Positions 39,322 through 49,680 of a stretch of DNA of 64,000 nucleotides are shown piece after piece. Each line of letters begins with the position of its first letter. The first letter of the stretch is position 1. This DNA comes from Candidatus Bathyarchaeota archaeon (GTDB lineage: Archaea > Thermoproteota > Bathyarchaeia > Bathyarchaeales > Bathycorpusculaceae). The notes under the pieces were generated by a model. It ran no database searches and was not told the DNA's origin. It saw only the letters and a list, made by a program, of their open reading frames with translations. The stretch lies in assembly GCA_963772455.1 (NCBI GenBank), contig CAVYXJ010000010.1, positions 32,001 through 96,000 of the forward strand. Reading direction: 5' to 3'. A program made the translations under genes and the position numbers.

Positions 39322-40296
39322 ATGAGCGAGTTGGATGCAAATATACTTAGAAATCTGTTGAAAGATGGACGTATTAGTTATGTTGAATTAGCAAAGAAAT
39401 GCGGAGTATCAAAAAATAAGGTTTGGAAGCGGTGCAGTGCAATGGAAAAAAAAGGCATTATTACCGGAGCAACAACTCAATTGAATTTTGAGGATTTCGG
39501 TTATGCTGCGCTTGCGACACTTCTTATTAGTGTTGAAGCACAACAAATTGAAGAAGTTATGGAATTCATAGAAAAAATTACTGAGATTCGCGCTCATCGG
39601 CAATACAATAGTGTTTACAACGTTAGAGCATTTGCAACTTTAAAAAACCTGAATGAGCTGGATTATATTAAGCAGATAATTAGGCGAAAACTTCCTACAA
39701 TTGGTTTAAAGACTTACATTTGGATGGGCGTTCGAAATATTCCTGAAAACCTAAATCTCAATGGTCATATGGATGGTATCAATGAAAGAAGTGATATTAA
39801 TTCAAAAGCGCCTATCTATGAGTCAACTAACAAAAAAATAATTGACGAAACAGATAGGCAAATATTACAAGAACTTACGGTTAACGGTCGCATGGCATTC
39901 ACAAAACTTGCAAAAATAAGTGGATTATCCACGAACACCGTTTTAAAAAGATATAAACATCTTGTGGAAAACGGCGCAATAAAGGTTTCAATTCAAATTG
40001 ACCCAAAAAAGATTGGGTACTCTTCAATACTTGATTTTAATATAGCATTCACTACACTTCGCGGTTTATCAGATGACATTGTCGAGTCGTTTTCAAAAAT
40101 ACCTGATATAATAATAATCACAAAAACTAGTGGCGACTATGATTTACAGGTAACTGCTATGATTAGGGATTTAGAACAATCATTCGCTATTCAAGATCAA
40201 ATAGCCAGAGTTCACGGGGTGACACAAATCGAAACTAGCTCAAGAAAAATACCCGACAGATGGCCAACTCCGCAACAATATATTTCTACTATTTGA
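39322..40296 (+). CDS. Lrp/AsnC-family regulator with two tandem HTH-RAM units (paralogue of upstream gene)
   Basis: LDANILRNLLKDGRISYVELAK and DRQILQELTVNGRMAFTKLAK; TSGDYDL; shared C-terminus WP.P.QYIST. Confidence 0.9.
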   Translation: MSELDANILRNLLKDGRISYVELAKKCGVSKNKVWKRCSAMEKKGIITGATTQLNFEDFGYAALATLLISVEAQQIEEVMEFIEKITEIRAHRQYNSVYNVRAFATLKNLNELDYIKQIIRRKLPTIGLKTYIWMGVRNIPENLNLNGHMDGINERSDINSKAPIYESTNKKIIDETDRQILQELTVNGRMAFTKLAKISGLSTNTVLKRYKHLVENGAIKVSIQIDPKKIGYSSILDFNIAFTTLRGLSDDIVESFSKIPDIIIITKTSGDYDLQVTAMIRDLEQSFAIQDQIARVHGVTQIETSSRKIPDRWPTPQQYISTI

Positions 40297-40414
40297 TAGT
40301 AGTGTCGCAACTTGTCACATGTTTTTATTTAAAGCCGAACTCAAGAAAAATATCTTTATGTTCGATACGGGTTAAAAACGCCGAACTTGGTGAAATTTAA
40401 GTGAATAAAGGTTT

Positions 40415-40514
40415 GCTGAGGCTCTGGACCTCTTTAGGAGAAAAGAGCAAATGCAAACGCTCTATCACGAATTACTATGGGCAGTTATCGTGGATCAGCC
40501 AGAGCCTACTCAGC
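40415..40514. other. Structured element with terminal inverted repeat (candidate ncRNA or MITE-like element)
   Basis: GCTGAG-GCTCTGG ... CCAGAGC-CTA-CTCAGC closes internal hairpins AGAGC/GCTCT and CACGA/TCGTG. Confidence 0.4.
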
Positions 40515-40583
40515 CCTCATTTTTTCCAATCATTTTTTTTAAAGACTAAAAAAGGGGAAATGATAGTTTTTTGTTTGTGTTTT

Positions 40584-43115
40584 TTATGGGTGTTTTCTTA
40601 ACATCAATAGTGCCAGTACGATGGCTACTATGATGATTAAGACAAACAAGCCTGCGATTGCTGGTACAAAGTACATGTCAGCTGTAGATTGAGGTGGAAT
40701 TTCAGTTGGAGCTGCTGTTGGATGTGCTGGATCAACTGCAAAAGATGTTACGGCATGCGATGGATAGTATGCTGCTGAACCTCCGAAGGATGCATAAACT
40801 TGGTATTGACCGCTAATGTCTGGTTTCCAGTTGAAAGCTAAAGAATCCGTCTGCGCTGCTTGTTGTTGTGCCAATTTCGCGGTAGTTTCCGTTCGAGTCA
40901 ACAACACTTAAAGTAACTGGGACACCTGTTGCGTCAGATGGTCGAGAGAATTGTTTGTACACATATAGCATCCAAGCACTCATACTAGCATCAGAGACTG
41001 CTGGAACTACCGTTTGGAAAACGAAGGGCCAAGGATATCACTGCTTGTTCCTGGTGAAACGTCTGTAACCATGCCTTCAATCTGTACGGTGCTTCCTAAT
41101 ACTGAAACTTTCGGTGAAGCTGTTACAGTTGTTTCGCTTGGACCTTTACCTACTGCATATATTCGTTGGTCATATGTGTCCATTGTAGCTATTATGCTGT
41201 CGCCCATGATTGCATTTCCGCCCCAGCGAGTCTGACGGTACATACCGTTTACTCTCCAGATTTCATCGCCTGAGGTAGCATTGAGGCAGATGTATGGTCC
41301 ACCGCGTGGTATTGGGTTCTCGGCTGAATGTTCTAAAGTGCCCACATAGATTTTGCCGTCTGCGATCATTGTTATCCAACCCCACCAATTATTGCCAGTT
41401 ACGGGTTCGTTGTACGGGTCGGTCATGTTGTATGTCCAGTCAGTTGCTCCTGTCCCAAGGTTATAGGCATAGACTATACCGCCAACTCCAACAGAATACA
41501 GAGTGGTCATATGCAAAGTACCATGTGTGTTCTGCATTGCCCCATCCGTATGCATCTAGCCAATGTTCAGAGTCTGTTTGCCATAGATATTGTCCGGTTT
41601 CTGTGCTAAATCCGTAGTGTTTTGTAAGTTCTTTGTCCCATAAGGCAATTACGCCGCCTTGATAGTTGTCACTTGCGCCAACATAGTTTAGTGTGTTAGA
41701 GCCTTCTAGCCATTCAGCAGGGGCTTTCCAAGTGTTATCAAATAGTTTTGTTCCTCTGGTTGATAAAGCAGTGCTTAATGCCCAAACACGTACCTGTGTT
41801 TGGTTAAAAGCCATAGATTCGACTCTGTCAGGATACACTTTGAGAATTGGCACAAAGAATGAACTGCTGGCTTCCAAACCTGCGGGGATTGTTACATTCC
41901 ATGAGTAGCTTTTTGGATTCGACGCATCCCATGTTAGTCCGTGAACGTTTCTGCCCCAACTGCCGACGCTTCCTTCAGCCCATGTGCCGGAGGCTTGTTG
42001 TCCACATGCAGTTGAGTTCCAAAGTGCCATCCAACGATTGGCATAGTCAATTACGTAGATTAGGATTTCACCGCTAGGTCCATACACTCGGGTACCTGAA
42101 GGTACGTTTGTCATTGAGTATACCCACTCTGCATTGTAAGGATCATAAGCTTTCCAAGTTGTTCCGCCAGAAGTGTCCCATATGTAGTTGAAGACTCCGT
42201 CAGTGTTGAAACTATTGAAGTAGAAGGTTTGACCAAATGACACGACACTGTTGTTTCTGAACCATAGTTCTTTTCCAGTATGAAGATCTACCGCGTAAAT
42301 ACCTTGCTGAGGATATGGATTACCTGAAATGGGTGCTGGCATTCTGTTGTAATAGAGTACTCCATTCAATATCACTGAGTTCGGGAATTTGCCTTCATAC
42401 GCGTCTCCAGATTCATGTGATGCTGGGACTTGTCCATCGCCCAATAATCCGCCTGTTAAGCCTCCGAAGGTTATGTCTCTTGCCCACAAAACGTGTGCAG
42501 TTTCGGGTGCATCGTCGTTGTAGAGTGCAATTGCATTTTCTGGTCTACTTAACCAGTTACCTGAGATTGAATTCCAAGATCTAAGTTGGGCATCTGCTGG
42601 TCGTGACCAATATTCAGTGGGAAGAGGTTGATCTGGGTAGTTTTGAAGTGGTTCGGCTTGTACAACAAGGTTAACGGTTTTGCTACTAGCCTTCATTATT
42701 GTACCTGCGAAAACCATAGCACTGCTTCTACGTTGAAGAATGTTACTGGGTTGATTTGTTGCGGGAATTGTACATGTTACTTTGTATGTACCGACTGTGT
42801 TAGGTGTATAGATTGTGGCAGTTCCTCCGGTGGAGTCTGTTGTGAATGGCCCGAAGGTTTCATTTGTCCCTGATGGGCTGGTGACGATTACTTTAATCCC
42901 GGTCCAGCCATATGATGCATCTCCTGTGGCTTCGATAATGCCAAATCTTAGCAATACTTCTTGACCAACGCCTACTGGGTTGGGAACAGCATCCATTATT
43001 GGGTAAGTTTTCATTGTGGTGCTGGCTTGTGCTTGAGTGGTGGTGTTGTCATAATCATTGAGGTTGCAAAGGTCAATAGTAGAAATATTGTAATTATTGT
43101 TTTAGTTTTTTGCAT
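40584..43115 (-). pseudogene. Secreted, C-terminally anchored PQQ-like beta-propeller surface protein (about 840 aa reconstructed), broken by multiple 1-nt indels
   Basis: Signal peptide MQKTKTIITIFLLLTFATSM from ATG 43115; PNPVGVGQ, PLPTEYWSRP, repeated YAVDLHTGKELW / YAYNLGTGATDW / CLNATSGDEIW; C-terminal TM plus RK; split over track ORFs 41461-43014, 41007-41555 and 40584-40907. Confidence 0.8.
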
Positions 43116-43485
43116 TTTTTTTCTTTCCTTTTAATTTTATGCAATCTCATATTCTTTATCAATTTGTTTATAAGTTTTGTCATAATCGTTGAAAAAAATA
43201 CATAAAAACTCCTATTTTTCAAATGAAAGGCAACAATAAATCATTCTTTAACTATCATATTAGAACGAAAAGCAAACAAACAAAGAAATATAATTTAAAG
43301 ACAAACAATTCAAAAAATTACTTCTCATTATGTTGATCCGGAATACACGTATTTTATCTTTAGAAAAGATTTCTTCCAAAAGTGACATACCGCCATTCTC
43401 CAAAGATCCTTACGGCTATGATGTCAATAGGTTTAAAACGTGAAGGCTCTGTCAGGTAAAGCCTCAATGTCTCATCGTAATCACG

Positions 43486-44424
43486 TCAACTCTGAGAGAT
43501 TTGTTGAAAAGAACACCAGGCATCTTCAACTGTTTGCTTAAGATTAAACAGGATAGTAGCCAACTTTCTTCCACTATCAGTTAAATCATAAGTTTTGGGT
43601 GTTCTTCTTTGGAAAATCAGTTTTTTACCTTTCATGTGTTTTATGCATCTATAAGTTACTCTTTTTGAAAGATGTGTTTGCCTAGTAAGATTTCCTATTG
43701 AAATTCCTTGATAATCAATCCTATCGTAAATTTTGCTCTCAGTAGCCGTCAAGATTTCATTTCTTGAATCTCGTTTTGTTTTAAAGAAAAAAACGTATTC
43801 GCTGCCTTTTGTTGTTTTAATAAGTCCAGTTGATCGTAAGCGTTTGATTGTTCGTGATACATTTCTCAGCAAAATTACTTCTTCTATTGATTCAAATGTT
43901 TTTGACCCTGATAATAGATGTTGAAGAACGATTTCTTCATAGCATTTTGAATTATTAGGCAGCATTGGAGAAAATTCAGCGAAACATTCTAAACTTTTGG
44001 TTAAGCAACTACCAAACAAGGTCAAGTGATATTCTCCTTCTGATTCGCATACTAAACCTAAAGATGATAGAGGCTGCAAGAATTCATGGCAAATAATGCT
44101 CCTGCTATGACAACTTCCAGCTATTCTTAATTCGAGCTGAATCTGGCTTAAAGGACACCTGCAATTAGCTAATAAATTCAGAATATGAAGACTCGTTTCG
44201 TTTTTTAATACATTGAAAAACTCTTCGAGATAGGTAGGGTTAGTCAAACTTTTTCGGAGAACTCTTAACTCATTTTTTAGTCTATACACTTTACATCTAG
44301 TTATACATTCCAAAGGAGATATTGGAGTGCAATTTCTGCATTGTAAATCAAGCAATTTCAAAATTTCAAAAAAGTAGTTTTTTTCATTTTGATATTTTTG
44401 AATTTCTGATAGTAGGGTGCTCAT
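43486..44424 (-). CDS. Multi-winged-helix DNA-binding protein with N-terminal Cys cluster
   Basis: CRNCTPISPLECITRC; wHTH-like segments ending YHLTLFG, VSRTIKRLRSTGLI, and VTYRCIKHMKGKKLI..YDLTDSG. Confidence 0.72.
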   Translation of the reverse strand: MSTLLSEIQKYQNEKNYFFEILKLLDLQCRNCTPISPLECITRCKVYRLKNELRVLRKSLTNPTYLEEFFNVLKNETSLHILNLLANCRCPLSQIQLELRIAGSCHSRSIICHEFLQPLSSLGLVCESEGEYHLTLFGSCLTKSLECFAEFSPMLPNNSKCYEEIVLQHLLSGSKTFESIEEVILLRNVSRTIKRLRSTGLIKTTKGSEYVFFFKTKRDSRNEILTATESKIYDRIDYQGISIGNLTRQTHLSKRVTYRCIKHMKGKKLIFQRRTPKTYDLTDSGRKLATILFNLKQTVEDAWCSFQQISQS

Positions 44425-44447
44425 TTGTAATTCTCCTTTGCGATTTA

Positions 44448-45533
44448 CCTTAAGGAACGGGCGAACAAAAACCCCTCCAGTTTCTTTAAAAAACTCTTGT
44501 TTCTTTGATGTAAAAGCGTTCTCGTTAAGGATTCTTTACTAACGGTTAGTCAAATTTTCTTTACTAAAAAAATCACAGTGTAACAATAATTTTTTGTTCA
44601 ATATTGAACTTTAAGGTAAATTCATAAGTTGAAAGTTTTAATATTTTACGCCTTAAAAAAATTTTTATCTTCTTGTAGTCACAAATAGGAACGACAACGA
44701 AACAAGAATTTGAACGGGTATTCTTTAAAGGAAAATCAACGTAGAAATATTTTGCTAATTTACTCTCGGTCCCAATAAGTTTGGTCGATGAAGAATAATT
44801 AAGTAGAAACAAAAATAATTAAACGAAAATCCTTGAGGAAGACTATCAAATTCCTTGTGAATGGGGCTGCAATTTTTTTTCAACCAGACACAAATGAAAA
44901 CATTTGCATTTTGTTTGAGATATTGTACGACCAATTGAAGCATAGCTACAACCTTTTCCTTCCGATTGCCCCCGTTAAGGACTTAGAAAAACTTTAGATT
45001 GGAGTACCTTAACAGCGCTATGGACTTTTTTGATGGTTGAAGTTGATGATGCTGTAATTACGATTTTTGAAGATTAATCTGCTTAGCCCATAATTGTTGG
45101 GTTTACATCTTCTTCATTTATGTGATGCATAACGTGGATAGCTAATCCTGTTGCCGCTCCCGCGGAAAGTCCGACCAACAAGTATGTTAGCCATGTAAAG
45201 CCACCAAGCAAACCAACAACTGCTAGAGCGTCAAACCCTAGTGCAACGGCGAGATAACCGACGCACCACATTTTCACACTCATCCCCCGAGGTTTATTGA
45301 TACCTATGCCGCCGAGCATGCCCAACATTATAAGGAAGCCGATCAAAGCGAAAATCAAATTAATTAGGTTTAAATCGAAATCCAAACTGTCCACCTGTAT
45401 ATCTGGCTATGTTCCTTTTTGGGGTTAATTAGTTTATCGAAATCGCAACATGTACAAAAATATAGGATTGCTAAAGCAGTTGAAATACCGCTAGCTTTTT
45501 TTACTATATGCAGCGAATCTTTAAGCCTTAAGG
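44448..45533. repeat. Dispersed palindromic CCTTAAGG-like boxes
   Basis: CCTTAAGG 44448 and 45526; CGTTAAGG 44523 and 44973; CTTTAAGG 44609; CTTTAAAG 44723; CCTTGAGG 44831; CCTTAACA 45007. Confidence 0.5.
45083..45394 (-). CDS. Small 3-TM membrane protein
   Basis: GTG start; three hydrophobic helices; His-rich HVMHH end. Confidence 0.7.
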   Translation of the reverse strand: MDSLDFDLNLINLIFALIGFLIMLGMLGGIGINKPRGMSVKMWCVGYLAVALGFDALAVVGLLGGFTWLTYLLVGLSAGAATGLAIHVMHHINEEDVNPTIMG

Positions 45534-45663
45534 GTGTGGATACATAACAAACTTTGATATTACGCAATGCCATAAATGGGCACGCCTCTTAGTCATCCGC
45601 AAACAAAAACTTTCCGAAGCCCAAGCGGCCATTGAAAGAAAGGATTTTGATTCTGCAAAAAAA

Positions 45664-47613
45664 TTGTTTTACGATATTGTAAATGGGTTAATGGGCAAAC
45701 AAGCTGACCCGGGTATGATGGGGTCTCTTTTATACCATATGGCTATGGTTAGCAAGATGGAATCTGAAACCCAAGTGCTCCTAAAAGAGCTGGGTATAGA
45801 GTTACCTAATGTGTCGATGCAATTAAGCAAGATCTATTGTGATTTTGAGTCCGACGCAAAGGAACTACTTCAAGAAGTTGCTCTCATGCCCTTATCTTAT
45901 CAAGAAATATCGAAAAGTTCAAGTTTACGAACTGAACAAAAAATCAAGCTCTTCAATGACCTAAAACAGAAGAACAAAGAAGTTGAAGAACTGTTAACCA
46001 GTAGAAACCCCAAAGCATCAGAAGCAATGCAGAAAGTTTTTGACGATTGGACAGAACAAGTCATAAAAATGCGACTTATTCAAGAATATGAAACAATCAA
46101 AGGATTATTGGTTACAGCTGAAATAGCTAAAAACATGAGTTTGCCAAAACTTGAAAAAACTATGGCTTCAGTCAAGGAAAAATTCGGTCAAGAAACCGTC
46201 AGTATTGCACTCGACGTTACTTTGAAGGTCGGGATGCGCCGAGAAAAGTTACAGTCAGTCATGCTAAGTGACCACTTCATTAACATGACCATGAGCAACG
46301 AAACTCTCGACGGAAAAATGGAGTTTCTAAATTGCCCAATTTTTGGAAGCCACAAATACGCAGCTGAAAAATTTGGAGTAAATCCAATGGTTTCGACGTT
46401 GTTTTGTAAACATTTTTGTTTTGCACACGCCAAAGCCATGCTTGACACAGTTTTGCCTTTTCCTTTTACTCTTTGGCAACCAAAAATAATAGCCACTGAT
46501 GGTAACTGCGAGTTCTACCTCAAACTGGCCCATTCACCGGAAGCCAAAAATTCCGAAAAATTCGTTCCGCTAGTAATGTCATGGAACGTTACTCGAGAAT
46601 GCAATATGAAATGCAGCCACTGCTACATTAACGCAACTGAAAACAAACTTGCGAATGAACTATCTACTCAGGAAGGCAAGGACCTAATTGATCAAATTTG
46701 TCAAGTTAGCAAACCACTTCTCATTCTGAGCGGGGGGGAACCTCTTTTGCGTGCAGATATCTTCGAATTAATCAAGTACGGTGCTTCAAGAGGTTTGAAG
46801 ATGGGACTTGGATCCAACGGAAGCCTCATAGATGATAGTGTGGCAGTTAAACTCAAGGCAGCAGGAATTGCGACAGTTTCAATTAGTATTGATTCAAATA
46901 TTCCAGAGCAACATGACGAGTTTCGAGGTGTGGCTGGTGCTTGGGAAAAAGCAGTCAACGCCTGTAAAACATTAAGAAAAAACAACATACTTGTCCAAGT
47001 TAACACTACATTGACCCATGAGAACTACAATCAAATTGATGACATAATGTCGCTGGCTGAAGAAATAGGAGTTGAAAACTTTCATCTCTTCTTCCTCGTC
47101 CCAACAGGGCGCGGAACCAAAATCGCAGACATTTCACCCCAAAAATATGAAGACATGATATCCAACACCTTCTCAAAAGTTGCAGGACATAAGTTAAACG
47201 TAAGACCTTCATGCGCACCCCAGTTCATGCGCATTGCTAAAGGAATGGGCTTAGATATGAGACAATGGGTCCGCGGCTGCTTAGCAGGATTGTATTATTG
47301 TCGTATTTACCCCAATGGGGACATCACACCCTGTCCATATCTTCCTGTCAAGCTTGGAAACATTCGGGATAAACCCTTCAAAGAAATATGGCTTTCCTCA
47401 CCTGTTTTCAAGACTCTTCGTATGCCTAAATCTTTGAAAGGCAAATGTGGCGCTTGTGAATATGGTACAGTATGTGGCGGTTGTAGGGCACGAGCTTATG
47501 GTCTTTCAAGCGACTTCATTGATTACTGCGGTGATCTCCATGAGCCATCAGAAATAAAAAGCGATTATTTAGCAGAGGATCCTTGGTGTGTTTATCAACC
47601 AAAAAACCATTAA
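45664..47613 (+). CDS. Radical SAM/SPASM protein, AhbD/NirJ-like, fused to an N-terminal region of about 300 aa
   Basis: SWNVTRECNMKCSHCY (CxxxCxxC), LSGGEPLLR, FFLVPTGRG, CAPQF, RGCLAG..YCRI.P.G...PCPY and KCGACEY..CGGCRARAY; start could be ATG 45691. Confidence 0.87.
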   Translation: MFYDIVNGLMGKQADPGMMGSLLYHMAMVSKMESETQVLLKELGIELPNVSMQLSKIYCDFESDAKELLQEVALMPLSYQEISKSSSLRTEQKIKLFNDLKQKNKEVEELLTSRNPKASEAMQKVFDDWTEQVIKMRLIQEYETIKGLLVTAEIAKNMSLPKLEKTMASVKEKFGQETVSIALDVTLKVGMRREKLQSVMLSDHFINMTMSNETLDGKMEFLNCPIFGSHKYAAEKFGVNPMVSTLFCKHFCFAHAKAMLDTVLPFPFTLWQPKIIATDGNCEFYLKLAHSPEAKNSEKFVPLVMSWNVTRECNMKCSHCYINATENKLANELSTQEGKDLIDQICQVSKPLLILSGGEPLLRADIFELIKYGASRGLKMGLGSNGSLIDDSVAVKLKAAGIATVSISIDSNIPEQHDEFRGVAGAWEKAVNACKTLRKNNILVQVNTTLTHENYNQIDDIMSLAEEIGVENFHLFFLVPTGRGTKIADISPQKYEDMISNTFSKVAGHKLNVRPSCAPQFMRIAKGMGLDMRQWVRGCLAGLYYCRIYPNGDITPCPYLPVKLGNIRDKPFKEIWLSSPVFKTLRMPKSLKGKCGACEYGTVCGGCRARAYGLSSDFIDYCGDLHEPSEIKSDYLAEDPWCVYQPKNH

Positions 47614-47874
47614 GCGATATTTTTCATTCAAAAAATTTAACATGTAGAGGCGGCTTTGGCAGCCTGCAAATTCAACGTTTTAGTCATTTCGGACCGCCAA
47701 TTTACTATTTGCAATTAGAGGGCTAATAGTCTTCAAAAACATTATTGAATTTCATGTTAAAAAAATACTGGAATAATAATATTAGATTTTATTATATTAA
47801 CCTAATATAGGTTGATTTATAATTAAAAACAAAAAAACTGAAAAGGAAAATTGTAAGAAAAGATTGAAGTAAAT

Positions 47875-48243
47875 TTACTTCTTTTTCTTTGCTGCTGGTT
47901 TGTCTTCAGTAGATGGCGCTTCAGTTGATTTCATTGCTTCGGTTTCTTCGACTTTTGGCTCTTCTTTTTTATCTTCGATTTCAGTTGTGATTTCTTCGAT
48001 TGGTTTAGGAGGGGGTGTTGTTGCCATTGTCCAGCCAATCCATGCGCCTATGAAAAGTATAGCTACGAAGGCTACGAATACAGGTACAGCAATGAGCCAG
48101 AACCTAACGTCGACTGATGAGCCAATGTTAAGCCAAGGCTGGATAAGTTGCTGATAACCAAATAGTGCTACTAAGTAAACTACAGCGACGACTACGCAAA
48201 CGAGTAGTATTGCTCCACCTATTGCTTGATCTTTACTAACCAT
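47875..48243 (-). CDS. Conserved archaeal 2-TM protein with acidic/basic tail
   Basis: SKDQAIG and WIGWTMATTPPPKPIEEI. Confidence 0.82.
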   Translation of the reverse strand: MVSKDQAIGGAILLVCVVVAVVYLVALFGYQQLIQPWLNIGSSVDVRFWLIAVPVFVAFVAILFIGAWIGWTMATTPPPKPIEEITTEIEDKKEEPKVEETEAMKSTEAPSTEDKPAAKKKK

Positions 48244-48320
48244 TTAGTGATTCACCACTTTATAGCCATGTATTCGCTTAATCAATTTAAAGTTTGTCAT
48301 GTTTTTAATCGCTGGATTGA

Positions 48321-49577
48321 TTATGTCGTGCCCATTTCCCAAGTTGAAAGGTATTTTTTCTGCTCAGCTGTAAGTTCATCGATTGATATTCCCATCGATT
48401 TGAGCTTTAACTCAGCAACTTTCTCATCAAGGTCTTTTGGTACAGTATAAACTTTGGTTTGCAGTTTGGCGGTTTTTGCGATGTATTCTGAGCATAATGC
48501 TTGGTTTGCAAAAGACATATCCATAACTTCGGATGGATGACCTTCTGCTGCTGCCAGGTTTACTAGTCTTCCTTCTGCAAGAAGGTAGAGTTTTCTTCCA
48601 TCTTTCAAAGCGTACTCTTCCATGTTTGGGCGCATCGTTCTTTTGGCTTTAGTTAGCGATTCTAAGTCTGGAATATTTATTTCTACGTTGAAGTGTCCGC
48701 TATTGCACATAATGGCGCCATCCTTCATTTTTTCCATGTGCTCCTTACGAATGACGCTTATATCGCCTGTAGCTGTAGCGAATATGTCACCGATGGGTGC
48801 TGCTTCAATCATAGGCATAACTCGATATCCATCCATAACTGCTTCCAATGCACGAGTTGGTTGGATTTCGGTGACAATAACATTGGCTCCCAAGCCCTTT
48901 GCACGCATAGCTATACCTCTGCTGCACCAACCATATCCTCCGACCACAAAATTTTTGCCAGCAAGCAAAACTGAAGTTGCTCTCATTATACCGTCTATAG
49001 TACTTTGTCCTGTTCCATAACGATTGTCAAAAAGATATTTTGTGTAGGCATCGTTAACTGCCACGATGGGGTATTTTAGACTCCCATCTTGCTCCATGGC
49101 TTTTAGGCGCACCACTCCGGTGGAAGTTTCTTCTGTCCCGCCTTTGATATCTTTAAGTTGGTTTGGACGTTTACTGTGAAGCATACCTACGACGTCTGCG
49201 CCGTCATCCATTGTTATCGTTGGTTTATAATCGAGAACTTTGTCTATGCATTTGTAGTAGTCCTCGGTGTTTTGTCCTCTCCAAGCAAAAACGTGTACAC
49301 CACTATCTGCTAGGGCTGCGGCTACATCATCTTGGGTAGAGAGAGGATTAGACCCGCAGAGTGCTACGTTGGCGCCTCCTGCGATAAGCACTTTGATGAG
49401 TACTGCGGTCTCTTTAGTAACATGGAGACATGCAGCTATGGTATGTCCTTTTAGCGGCTTTTCTTTTTCAAATCTATTTTTTATGATGTTTAGGACAGGC
49501 ATATGTTTTGCTGCCCATTCAATTTGTAAATGACCTTGAGGTGCTAAACTTTTATCTTTAACTTGGAACCCTTCCAT
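48321..49577 (-). CDS. ahcY: Adenosylhomocysteinase
   Basis: [43 protein letters not shown] and [14 protein letters not shown]. Confidence 0.98.
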   Translation of the reverse strand: MEGFQVKDKSLAPQGHLQIEWAAKHMPVLNIIKNRFEKEKPLKGHTIAACLHVTKETAVLIKVLIAGGANVALCGSNPLSTQDDVAAALADSGVHVFAWRGQNTEDYYKCIDKVLDYKPTITMDDGADVVGMLHSKRPNQLKDIKGGTEETSTGVVRLKAMEQDGSLKYPIVAVNDAYTKYLFDNRYGTGQSTIDGIMRATSVLLAGKNFVVGGYGWCSRGIAMRAKGLGANVIVTEIQPTRALEAVMDGYRVMPMIEAAPIGDIFATATGDISVIRKEHMEKMKDGAIMCNSGHFNVEINIPDLESLTKAKRTMRPNMEEYALKDGRKLYLLAEGRLVNLAAAEGHPSEVMDMSFANQALCSEYIAKTAKLQTKVYTVPKDLDEKVAELKLKSMGISIDELTAEQKKYLSTWEMGTT

Positions 49578-49680
49578 GAATATTCCTTCTTTTTCAAAAC
49601 ATGTGTCTTCTTCCTATTTAGAATTTGCCTAATCTATCGTTCATATAGGCGTTTTATATTCGAAAAATTTTAATTATCCA

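Noticed and set aside
37943-40736. Diversity-generating retroelement TR/VR pair (37943-38092 versus 40584-40736)
   Set aside because: Mismatches are not adenine-specific (many C/T and G/C changes), the repeat encodes the membrane anchor rather than a ligand-binding tip, and no reverse transcriptase is present in the window.
44573-44943. Short ORFs 44573-44812 and 44755-44943 (also 2230-2427, 45370-45573 and 57377-57571)
   Set aside because: AT-rich composition with no motif or convincing SD; they lie in regulatory or origin DNA.
30022-47800. Intact provirus, ICE or IS element
   Set aside because: No integrase, transposase, capsid, replication or conjugation genes were recognised; the region is accessory-like only.
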